DNA of 64,000 bases from Chrysomallon squamiferum (Eukaryota; Animalia; Mollusca): positions 11,904,001-11,968,000 of the forward strand of contig CM022679.1 of assembly GCA_012295275.1 (NCBI GenBank). The letters run 5' to 3'. A program made the translations under genes and the position numbers. Within the stretch, counting starts at the first letter, position 1. Every line of letters starts with the position of its first letter. Shown here one piece after another: positions 14,701 to 27,700 of this stretch. Below the pieces are notes generated by a model that searched no databases, was not told the origin of the DNA, and saw only the letters and a list, made by a program, of their open reading frames with translations.

Positions 14701-15940
14701 GGTTATAACAATTGACAGCTTGGATGCACCAAACTTTTCTGTACCAGTTGCAGATGACAACTCTGGAATGAATCCTACTTTGACTGTAAGCCCTCCAAAT
14801 TTTGATCCACAGAAGCCAGTTAAAAATGGAACTATAGTAATATACACAGCAACAGATCAAGAAGATAACAGTAGTAACTGCACAATCACAATTAAATTGA
14901 AAAGCAAGTATTAAAACAAGTTTACAAATGGTAAAGAATCATATAATTGTAGCATATGTGACACCTATTTTTTATTTGAAATAGTAAACTGTCCAACAAA
15001 ATAACCTAATTTACTGAGGATATTTTTACTTGACAATTTGCTTTCAGTCTTTATCTAAAACGTTTGCAAAAAATCTCTTATTAAAATTATTATTAGAAAC
15101 ATAATTTAAAACAATGACATCTGTTATTTTTCTGTAGAAATGAGTCTAGCTCTATATAATGATTATTTAACATACTCACTTTTTTTTATCTTGACAGTTA
15201 TTAGGGTTGAGTTATAATGATTGTTTAGAAAGAAAAGCTACTTCTTCCATTCTTTGAATTACTCTTACTCATTAACAGCCAGAGATTTTTATATCTCATG
15301 GATAAAACAAATGATTATGCACTGGCTGGAATACAGACATCATAGGCATATTAGACAGAACATTCCTGACTGTAACTTCTCAAATTTAATATAATTTAAT
15401 GTATTTCCTAAATAGGGTATTATATTTAAATTTTGTTTTCTTTCTTATATTTTTAATTTTTTTGCTGTAGGTCGCATACCTCCAGAACTTGAATGTCCAG
15501 ACTTCTTAAAACTGAACATCACTGAGAAACAGTCAAAGGAAGTAAATCTTTCTGAATTCATTCAGCATAATAATTCATTACATGATGTTCCAGCAATCAC
15601 AGTTAATTTTTCTACTTATGGACAAATAAAAAATGTTCATTTGTATACCAGTAATGACATGGGAATGAAGAGTGCATGTGCTTTTCAAGTAGAAATAGCC
15701 TGTAAGCTGATTTATAGTTATATAGATCACTAATAACATTTTTGTATTTCTATGTAGACATATCCACAAATGAAATTTATTGTTTGTTTTAAATGTCAAC
15801 TAATCATATTTAATGCTTTCAGACAGAGATTTATAACAAATAAATTATAAACTAAATTAGATTGATTCTAAGAAGCTATGTCAATAAATTAGTTCTAAAT
15901 CTCATAATTTAGTGAGGTCTCAGAATCTTAAAGAATATAA

Positions 15941-15976
<36 letters not shown>

Positions 15977-18900
15977 AACACAATAAGATAATTCATTTTA
16001 AAAACAGATACAAAAATAACTTCTCTTTTTTTTTTCAGAAATTGTTTAGTTTATTAATTATTAATAATTGCATACAAGAATAGACATACATTTTCTCATT
16101 ATATACTCTGTAAAACTTAAAAGGTCTATGATTAGTTCTTGTCTGTAATGCTGCAAGAAACAAGTTTATATTTAAAAACAGTTCAGACATTTTAATAATT
16201 ATGATGAGGAAGAAATAAAATCAAGAAAACAAACACATTGTTTCATGAATACTAAATAAATGGATTGATTTGCTAATAAATTAATAGTGTTAACAATTAA
16301 TAATATCTTTTTCTTTCAGCAAAAAAATGTTTTTCAGAAATTCAGAACACCCTTTCCAATGCTGTAGTAAAACATGTATATAATGATGATGGCACTGTCA
16401 ACAACACAACAGTAACATGCAAAAAAGGATACTCATTCATTTCTGGAAGTCAGTCAATGACATATAAGTGTGAAGGAGAGAATATTTGGACTCCACCTTT
16501 GCCTCTAAATGACTGTTTTGGTCAGTTTTTACTAATATAAAAAATCTGAAACAATTATTGTTTTCTAGGTTCCAATTATTTTAGAATTTATGTTGAACTT
16601 TATTTTAAATATAAATAAATTGATTAATCTGTGACTAATTAGTATACAATATTAGTTATAAAATTACTGTTTCATTTATTTTTTAAATTAAAACTGTTAT
16701 GGAGTAAAGCAACCAGTAGGTTATTTACATACAAATGTCATTGTTCTGCCACAAATCTCTGTGCACAGACCTTTGACCTTTTTATATAAAAGTCATTCTA
16801 TAAATAAGATGGTTAATTGTTTAACACCAAAGCATGTAAATCTAAAACCTTGAATTTCATTTTACCTGACTGGTCATCATATTTAGCTTCTGCTATGTTT
16901 AATATGAAAATATGAATTTATACATGAATCAATAATGTCAGTTAAATAAAAGTTTCAGTAGTATACTGTCATAAATATCAGTATTATTCAGTATTCATTA
17001 GTATAGATCAAACAATTAAAACTAATGTTTATGTGGATTAATGGATTGGTAACAACCATTTCAAAGATTAATGTAACAAACCAAAGAAAAAAAAAGAAAA
17101 ATGTGAAAAGAACAAGCACAGAATTTTGGTAGTAAATATGAGTATGTTAGACTTTTTGTTTCTGGCAGTTACAATTATAAAGATTTACCTAAATTATAAA
17201 ACATGGCATAAAATGTGAAACACAAGCATCAGGCATGTTAAAAAATTATTTGATAAAAAAATTGGCAACATCTGAGTCTGTTTCTCAACTTTGGTTATCA
17301 ATTTTATAAAAGTATGGCATTGACCATTTTGAATACTGAAGTAAATTTTAGAAATTAAAAAATTATTATAAATAATTTTAATCTTATACTTTTTAATTTC
17401 ACTGCTGTTCTGAATTAAATGAATCTATTAACATTAGAATTATAATCATCTTGATAAATTGATTTTCATAAAATGTGTTTAATATGAACAAAAACTTTGT
17501 TTCGATACTGTTAAGAAGTACTTTTAATTTTAATTTTTTGTTTTATGAGTTCAATTAAAGTGATAGTAAAAGATTTGTTGCCGTTATTAATTCAGATTTA
17601 GAATAAAATTTTATGATTATTTTTTTCAGTTTCACAGAAACCTGGTTTTACATTTTGGATTAATGTGAATTACATTTTGAAAAATGGTATTTTGAAGGAT
17701 GACTGCAAAGAAGAACATACAAATTTTGTGAAAGCCAAAATTGCATCTGACATTACACTATCAGATTTGTGTCGAATAGCTTTGAAAAATTATTATTCTT
17801 TCAATATATCATCTATCAAGTCAAAAATGTCAGTTTATACGGTAAAATATTAATTATTAATATTTCTTATAGGATACATAATTAGCAAACACTTTTTGCA
17901 ATTAACTTATAAAAGGGATTGAATATTGTGTCAGTGATACTCTGAAACTGACAGCATCAACAATTTAAAAAAAATTAAAAAATTAAAGAAGTGGGTGCAT
18001 TCATTTAATATTATTGTTAGCATAATCCAAGTAGCAAATAAGAATAAGCAAAAAATACAAACAATGCAAGAAAAGTTTACTCTTACAAAGTGTCATTTAT
18101 AGATATGCTAAAACTGAATGTTTTCTTTGAAAATTAATCTTTTAAACAACATAAAGCTAACTTTTACTATTATAACCAATCATCATCTTATAAAGTTTTA
18201 TGTACTTTATGAATTTTTACACACTATTCAACAATTAGCAAGAATTGTAATGCATATATATGTATATACATATATATATAGACATATTTTATGAATGAGA
18301 AAGTGAGGTAATAGGCTTAGCAAATAATTTATTTACTGCATTATAACCATGTTTAGACAATATAAAGTAACAGTGACAAAGAATTTCTTTGATATAAAAT
18401 TCAATGGCTATCATGGTAATCTGATTTAGACCCATTCTTGTTTTGGGTTTTTTTTTGTAATGTAAATTGAAAAAAGAATGTGCAGTGCTAAGACCTTTTA
18501 ATTTATATATAATATATATGTAAAATGTTTATTGTGTACAACAAGTTCTATATCAGTAAATAATGATATTTTTTTACTCAGAGATTGGGGAAGTTCCTTT
18601 ATTTGGTTAAAAATGTTCATGAATTATTTTCAGATTTCCTCTGACATAACACTGGAAGTTTTGAATTTTGGAGGAAACCTTGACAATATGGAAACCTGTG
18701 CTAATAACATTAATAGGTTTTTAGCTGTTTTTGCTTATAACAAAAACACAACTTGTGGACCAATTTCTCAAGATGGAGGTACTGGTGTACTAAATAAATC
18801 TCCATCATGTCTTTCAAGCCTTGTACTTGTAAATACAAGTGGAAATCTTCAATGCTGTAAGATTATATTTTATTATTAATCAAATTCTTTCACTGCTTAC

Positions 18901-21900
18901 TTTTGTGCTGATTTAATTGTTTTAGATTATGAAGGTTGTAACATAACAAAAAAAAGCTCTGTGTTTGTTTTCCCAGTGATCTGTCTGCCACAAGCTTTCA
19001 TGATGTTATTCTCTGTTGTCTGCAATATTCAGCATTTACATATCAAATGCCTCAGCTTTTCTTTTTAAAACAATGTAATAAATATGTTTGAGATTTTATA
19101 AAATTAATTCTTCAGTATCTTTAAAGAAATGTTAATGTTAACTGTTTCTATGCCATAATATAAAATAATAAAAGTACTGTATCTAAAGTTTTGTTCATTC
19201 AATTTATATTAAAAATGTTCCTATAATTTTACAATTAGCTAATGATAACCAATAGAAATATACATTAATTTAGTATAGTTTATATATGTATTTGTTCTCC
19301 CTAGTTCCTTGTTTGCCAGGAACATACTTCAGCAATGGTGAATGTATTAACTGTTCTGATGGACAATATCAAAATGAAGCAGGGCAGACATCATGCAAAA
19401 ATTGTTCAAACAACATGGCATCACGTACACCACGAATAAGTCTTGATCAGTGCATCAGTAAGTAGAATATTAAAACATTATATTTTAAAATTCTTTTTCA
19501 TTCCTTATTTTCAACTTGTAAAATTAAATGTTTCTTGTGATATTTTTGAGTTTTCTCCACATTAATGTTCTGAAAAAGTATATTGCGATAAATATATAAA
19601 TTCAGCCTTAATTTCAAGCATATTAAAGGATTTATAGTAAATTTATATTTGTTTGTTCTTGTTTAATTTTTAAAGTAGTTAATTTATATAAAAGTATAAA
19701 TGTACCCCTATCAGAGTTACTAAGGCAGCACACATTTATATTTTGTTTTTGTTTTTACTGTTAATATAATTTACATATTCTACCAACAGTTTAATTTTTT
19801 TATAACTGAAGTACATATTCTGATTTTCAGAATGATGTATGATAGTGTTAGTATAGACGTTTTAATGTTTAATTTTTATATTAGTATGTGCATAAACAGT
19901 ATTTACATTGCAGTTAAATTAGCGAGTAAAACAATTTACTCGCTTCATTGGAAATAATTTTTTGGACATGTTCTTTGAAATATACAAAGGTAATCAGAAT
20001 CTTATATAAAACAATACAAAATCAACCATTATTTGGCAGATATATAAAACATTTGAAGCAAATAGATTAAAAATCTGTTTTTTTTATTATTATTATTATT
20101 GTTTTTCAATTTTATTGTATAGCAAAGTGCAGTGATGGTTTCTATTCTGATAATGGTTTACCCCCATGTAAAGCTTGTCCAATTGATACTTACTGGAAAA
20201 ATTCAACGTACTGTGAGAACTGCCCTAATGAGGGATCAACACTGAACGTAGCAGGAGCACAGAATATTACATTCTGTAAAGGTAGGTGATGTTTTTATGT
20301 TATCTAATATAGGCACTAAGATTTAGTCTTTTTTCCTTCTTGTTTTTCAAAAATTTACTTCAGTAAAATCAGAAGAAAACAAATTGAAATGATCTAAACT
20401 AAAATGATAAAGTCAAATTTCAATTATATTATGTTTAATTTTAATTACTGCTTATCCAGTGATCCTGTGACAATCACATTAATTAATCAAGCAGTATCAT
20501 AAACTAAGCTTGGAAAAAGATATTTGAAACCAGAAAATTCCCATTTGAATACTATCCATTGACATATTGAATTTTCTGCAAAAGTAAAAGTATTTTGAAT
20601 AGAATTTAATAATTTTTATATAATTTTCTGATTGATAAATTGTATATATAATAACTATATGCAAAATTTTAAACATGTTCCATTGTCACACATTTGATAA
20701 AGACAAATTTATAATATATGTTAATTATATAAAGATAAAAATAGGGAAAAAAAACAATAAAAAAAACAAACAGACCTTCCCCCCAAAACACGAAGGTATT
20801 TTTTGTTGGGATAACATAACACAATAACATAATAAAATATTTTCTTCTTTTCAAAAAAGAAAGAAAATTTGGATACAAATATTGGGGAAAATATTAAGAC
20901 TTTAAAATAGTTTGTTAATGCCCCTTCCATATCTCTAGATATCATTTATTTTCAGCTTATCACAATGTTTCTAGGATATAACATTTTAGATCCTGACAGT
21001 CATTTTTGCCAATATTTTATTATTATTTAATATTCTAAATTATGCATAAATCTAACAAATATATTGTTTTCTGTTAGTGTTGTTATATAATGTAACAGGA
21101 CTCATCAGTTAGGCATAGTAAGCCATTAATTTGATTTGATCTTTCAGACATTGTCATGGTTACCTGGTTTCACACATATAAAGAATTTCAAGATAAAACA
21201 AACATTTTTAATTAATATGAAAAACAGGGCTTGCTCTGTCATTGTTGATACAGTAACTCTTTTTTTTTCAGTTTTTTCAACAAAAAGTTATGAATAAATT
21301 TAATGTAATGCAAATAAATATTACTGTTAATATGTATAAAATCAAATTTTGTGGAATATCGTTCATAAATATGTATAATCTTTTTTTTCTCAGAAATATG
21401 AACATGAAGTTAATTTTATATAAAACTAATAGAAAAATGTAACTTTTACAATATAAATTTAAAAATCGTTTAATATATTTTAAGCTTTATTATTTAAATT
21501 TAAAACCAAAACATTCAAAGGATAATATTTCTTTTCTTTGTAAAAACCAAAAGTACTGAATCTTTTTTGTTCAGATCCTTGCAGTCCAGGAAGTTATTCA
21601 GTTACTGGCTACGAACCTTGCAGCAAATGCCCAAAGAATTTCTATGCTATTTCTGTAAAGCAGACATCATGCAATGAATGTCCATCAGAAACATATACTG
21701 TAAATGAAGGAAATACAAATGACACAGATTGTAAAAGTGAGTGCTTTTTGTTTTATGTGATTGAAAACATTCATGCAGGCTTCTTATAAATATTTACTTA
21801 TATGATGAAAACCAGAAGCATTTTTATCTTTATTTTTTGCATTTTGCTTATTGCCATATATTTTATATGGATGTTTCATTTTTTTAAAGTGATTATATAA

Positions 21901-24674
21901 AGATAGTGTATTGGCAGTAGTGTATTATTTATATCTTTTATATCAACAAATTAGTTAGATAGGGATCTGCTTATTAAAAGAGCTGTATTTGGTTGTATCA
22001 TAAAGTCATTGTGAATAAAAGAAAAAACCCAACACAAATGTGTTCATGCCAAGATGAATGTTTCCTAAATGTGGAAGAGCAGTACTGAGATCAGTGTTTT
22101 CCCTTTTACTGCATAGATTACTTACTGATCACAAAACACTCCCTAGTAAAGATCAAAAAGTGTATTTTGAACGTTATTATTATTATATGTTTTTTTATTT
22201 TCAGATACAAATCTGTGTACAAATTGCAGTGGACATGGATCTTGTCAGATGGTAAATCATGAGCCTTTTTGCACATGTTATAAAGGTAATTTGATGGTGT
22301 ATTATAATAAGTAAATAGTTTTAATTAAATATATTAAATACATTAAATATATTTGACTAAACTGTTCTATTAAATTATTATTTAATTTTCTCTTCAGGCT
22401 ATACTGGTCCTAACTGCAATCAAACCATTGATTTCTGTTCTTCTAGTCCATGTGAAAATGATGGAAAGTGCACATCAAATACAAGTGGCTTTACTTGCAG
22501 TTGTCCATCAGGTAAGCAATAATATTTTCACAGAACAAATAAACACACACGCAGAGCATATATTTACTATATTTTAATAGATTTTTGACTTCACTTAATG
22601 ATTTTTTTTTTTTTTTATATAATTCAAGCTCACCATTTGTTTTCCACATTAACTTTGTAGTTATGTTATTTACTGCATATCCATTTTGAGTTTAATCATT
22701 AATTTGCATTCTTATGATTATTTTTTTATTTCCTGTAATTTGATTTAAAAATAACTGTCTTTCATTGTATTGAAAGATTAATGTGAAATGTAACTGTAAA
22801 ATTAAAACTTTTTTTCTAGCGACAAAATGTGTTGTTGTCCCACTGAATGGAAATTTTACTGCTTCGGAAGATAAACTACAGACAATATATCCTGTATATG
22901 ATATTGCTGTTTGCAAAATGAAATGTGAACAAACAAATGACTGCAAAGTAGCTGCTTTTCAGGGGCAGCGTCATTTGTGTTTGTTATTCAATAAAATTCC
23001 ACCAGTTCAAACATCTGGACTTGAAATATATGACTGGCTTCAAAAAAACTGTACCACAGAATTGTGTAGGTTATTTACATTATTAAAATGATACTTATCT
23101 CTTTAAATATCAGATTATCTGCATAAAATATTTTGCTAAGAAATATGTAATTGCTTAAATGCTAATCATTATGTTAAAAAATTATTTACATTTATCTTTG
23201 CAATAATAAAGTATTCTGAATGTTCTTGTAGTGTATCTCTTATTTAGTGTTCTTTGACTTTCACAGTATTCTTTTAATGCTTGTTAATACAGAAAAAAAA
23301 AAAGCTGTGTTGGATTTTACAACATGAAGATTACTGCCAAATATTATTATTACCTTGGATTTAAGCAGTGTTTACAAATTAATCATATTTACCAATTTCA
23401 CTTTTGTAAATATTCATTTCTAACAAATGTTTGGATTGAGAAAAATTCTAAAGTGACTAATAATTGTTGAATATTATTTGTACATTATTTCAGGTAAAAT
23501 AGGCAATTTTGTTTAAATAATAACATTATGAATTCAGACTTCAAATAAAAAAATAAAAATCATCATTCTCAGCTATTGAAATCTAAAACAATTGATAGGT
23601 TGTTGTAATATGGTTATTATAATATTGGAGGTGCAAAAGTGATATTAAATTAAACTAAATATCTTGAATGTTGTATATGAATTAACATAGAAAATAACAG
23701 AAAAATTATAGGAATTTCGGATTTTGAAAGAAATAATTAATGAATGACACTATTGTTACAGAAATTGATGAAAAAAAAAAGTATCCTTAAATTACCATTT
23801 TTTAATTTAATATTTTAAATTTTGTTTTTAGTCTTTAATGTGCTGAAATTCTTGCATTTATAATTTTTGTAAAAAGTAAATGGTAGCTCAGTGGAATTTT
23901 AATAGATAAGATTAAAATATTGCAATGTATAACTATTTTTTTTTTTGCTAACAGCATATACATTATTTGATATTTTCTTCAATATTCTGTCATCATTAAT
24001 TCATGTTTTTAGATTACAATGGAACCTACTGTGAACAGGATCTTCGTAATGACTGTACCAATACTTCATGTAGTGAACCAGACATGTGTATGGATCTTAT
24101 TAATGACACTAAGTGTATCTGCCCAAAAACTGGAGGATATTCTGGCTTGAGGTATGAAACCACTGACAGAATACTGTCTAGAAGAATGGACTATAATGCT
24201 AAAATGCTATAAATATTAGTAATTCAGAACTACACGTAATATCATTGTTCAGTTTAATCATGAATTAATATCTTTCTCTATCTTTATATGTCTGTAATAA
24301 AAAGATACTGCTACTATTTGTAGTATTATAACATGTTTTGTTATGTTCTCTGACTTCAGGTGTGAGAAGAATTCAGATCTCTGCAATCCAAACCCTTGTT
24401 TAAATGGAACATGTGTTGCTTATGGGGATGTACGCTACCAGTGTGTATGTGAAGAAGGATTCACTGGAACACACTGTGAAACTAATATTGGTATGTGTGT
24501 GTGCATGTTAATTTATTTAAAATTGTATCCATTTTTGTAGTTGAATACCCTATATGATGTGTGTTTGTCAGTTTTAATGTTTAAATTGATCTTTTCAATA
24601 CATTTTACTTAATGCATTTATCTTTTATTGTTTTTCAAATAGAATAATTTAAACATGTGGTAAAGTTTCTTTTA

Positions 24675-24714
<40 letters not shown>

Positions 24715-27700
24715 TGTGTGTTTGTTTTACTTTATTTTCAAAAGCAGGATTGTAAAAAAAAAATAATAATGATATATGGATATATGAATTTTTAATTGTC
24801 AGCTCAGGTATTTATGTTTCATCAAATCTTTGGTCACCTGTTAGTGCACTTTGAGGGTTATTAAAGAAGACATGTCAGTTATTTTAGATGTTATTATCAG
24901 ATTATAAATTTTGGAATAAATATTTTGAAAATTATAATCAATTTTTTTTTCCTGCTCACTGTACAGATTCACTACTTTAATTTCATAACTGGTTGTAACT
25001 AATGAATAAAATGCTTATCATTTTTTAATTTTATTGTTCATTACAGATGAATGTAATATAAACTCCAATGGCTGTCTTTATGGAGGGCAGTGTGTTGATG
25101 GTGTTAATAAATATACATGTAACTGTCTGAATGGATTTGGAGGTACACACTGTGAAGAGCCCAAGGTATTCTGTGAAGATAATGAATGTACTGGAGGTCT
25201 CTGTCTCAATGACTATGACATTAATAGTGCTGTATGTATTTGTGAAGATCCATATGAACAGGGTGAGTTTGATAAAAATGTACCTGGTATTGTTTGATAA
25301 TATATAAGGGGAATTTTTTCTTTCCTTTGATGATTTTGTTTTTCATTAAAATTAGCAATAAATAGATCCACAATCTCTTCTCAAAATGTTTAATACAGTA
25401 TGTATGTAGGCATGCATGAATGTATGTTTGTATGTATGTATGTTTGGTGCAAATTTCTTTGTATGTGCAATATGCATACATATTTTATGGTAAAATAGTT
25501 TTGCATTTTTATTACTTTTTATCCAATAATTTTATTAATCACTTTTGTGTTCTTTACTATAATTTAGCTGACACAGCTACACAATGTCAAAAAGTTGATC
25601 ATTGTAAAACCAACAAATGTGTCACAAACAACACAGATAAATGTGAAGACAGTGTTACTGGGTTTAACTGTAACTGTAAATCAGGCTTTGAAGGTTCTCT
25701 TTGTCAGCATGATGTAGATGACTGTGCTGCTGATCCTTGTGTTCATGGGAAATGTGAAGATCTCCATGAAAATTATACATGTAGCTGTGATGAAGGCTGG
25801 GAAGGTAATTTTGATACTACTTTTTGAAAATAATTGAATGTTAACATACTTATGAATTCAGAGATATTTATTTAATTGATACATTGAATTCCTTCATTCT
25901 TAGTGACATTCACATTTTCTTCTGTAAATTTATGGTATAAATGATGAATAGTTTTATCTTCTAAACATTTCGGAAATTAAGAAATAAATAAGATCAAATG
26001 GTAATGAGCATTAAAATGTTTATTATAATAAATGGATAATTGTTAATTTTTATATGAAAATATTTAAAGATCCCAGTCTCTGAATCACAAAGAACATCCA
26101 TACAAAAAGGTTTTCTGTCCCATTAGTACAAAAATCAGACATCTCCACCTCCCAAATTGAAAATGGACTAACAGGTAAAAATAGATGATACTTCCTGTAA
26201 TAGTGACTCATGGTGTCAGATAAAAATGAAAACTTGATATACTGGTTTGAAATTTGTGAATATTAAACAGTTTTGACTGACTGATATATGGCATAAATTG
26301 TCATTTTTTAATTAAACTGAGAGAAGCATACTGATGCAGCACATATTCATTTAGTTACCTTTTCTTTATATCACAGTCTTCAAAAAAAAAGCAAACAAAA
26401 AAACAAAAACAAACAACAACATAATAACATACAATTTATACCTTTTGGCTTAAATTGTGGAATAAAATTAAAATATAAGTGTTTTTTAGTCAGTGTTTAG
26501 TAAACTTTTTTTTTTAATGTAACAGTTGATGGAAGTATATCATGTTTCCTTTATGTTTTAAGTTACAGCTTATTGCAGTTTAATTGTAAAGTTCAGCATT
26601 TTATTAATAGAGATACTAAAACAAGCTTTTTTTGTTTGTTTGTCCTGAACTTAAGTAAAGTACAGCAAATTATTAATTAGATAATGCAAAATATCATTAT
26701 TTAGGCCAAAAACCTGAATAGCATGCCTGGTTAAAAAAACAAAAACAAATGGAACACATAAAAATATTATATTTTTAACATAGATCATGTAACAATTAAA
26801 TATAATTATTTGGATCATAATAAAATTTGAATTATGAAAGGCAGTAATAAGTTAAATCATTGCTGTTAACTTAGGATATGAACAGTGATTTCTTAAGCTG
26901 CTGTATTGGCCAATTTAAAGTGAACTGTTAATGTGATTTAATACTTTATGCAGGTCCTAACTGTGATAGAAACAAGGATGATTGCCAGTGTCAAAGCAAC
27001 AACACAGAAAACTGTACAGACCTTTTAAATGACTATATCTGTTTATGCAAGCCTGGATACACAGGGAAAAACTGTAGTGTACGTATTTTGCTAATATGTT
27101 AAAGTACTTGTATTTAATTTATAATGCAGATTTAAGTGTTTTGTAAAATGTATAATGCTTTATATTTGTTTCAGTTATTTTTGCAGTTCTAGAAGAATTT
27201 TTTGAAGAATATTATCACTACTATATACTCTTAATAATACTCTTAACCAAGACTGAAAATACAAATTACATTATATTCACTTAGTCAAATCAGCCCTTTA
27301 CCTCTTTGGATTTTATTTATATTTTCTATTCTTTAAACATCTCTGGAGATGATTTCAGTTGAGAATTTTGGTATCTTAATTTCAAATATTTCTTTTGAGA
27401 AAACTGTAAATATATTTTTTTAAATATTTGGTTTTTTTAAAGGATGCCATTGATGAATGTCTGTCTCTACCATGTCGACATGGAGGTAACTGCACTGATC
27501 TTGATAATGATTTTAAATGTGACTGTCCAATTGGCTGGGATGGAAAAACTTGTGAAGATCCAGACAGCTTTTGTAATGATACAACCTGCTCCTATAACGG
27601 CCAATGTTACAATCTCCAGGATACTTTTTACTGCAGGTATCATTAATCAAATAATAATTATACTCAGGATATGAATACATTTTTATTGAAAATACTGACA

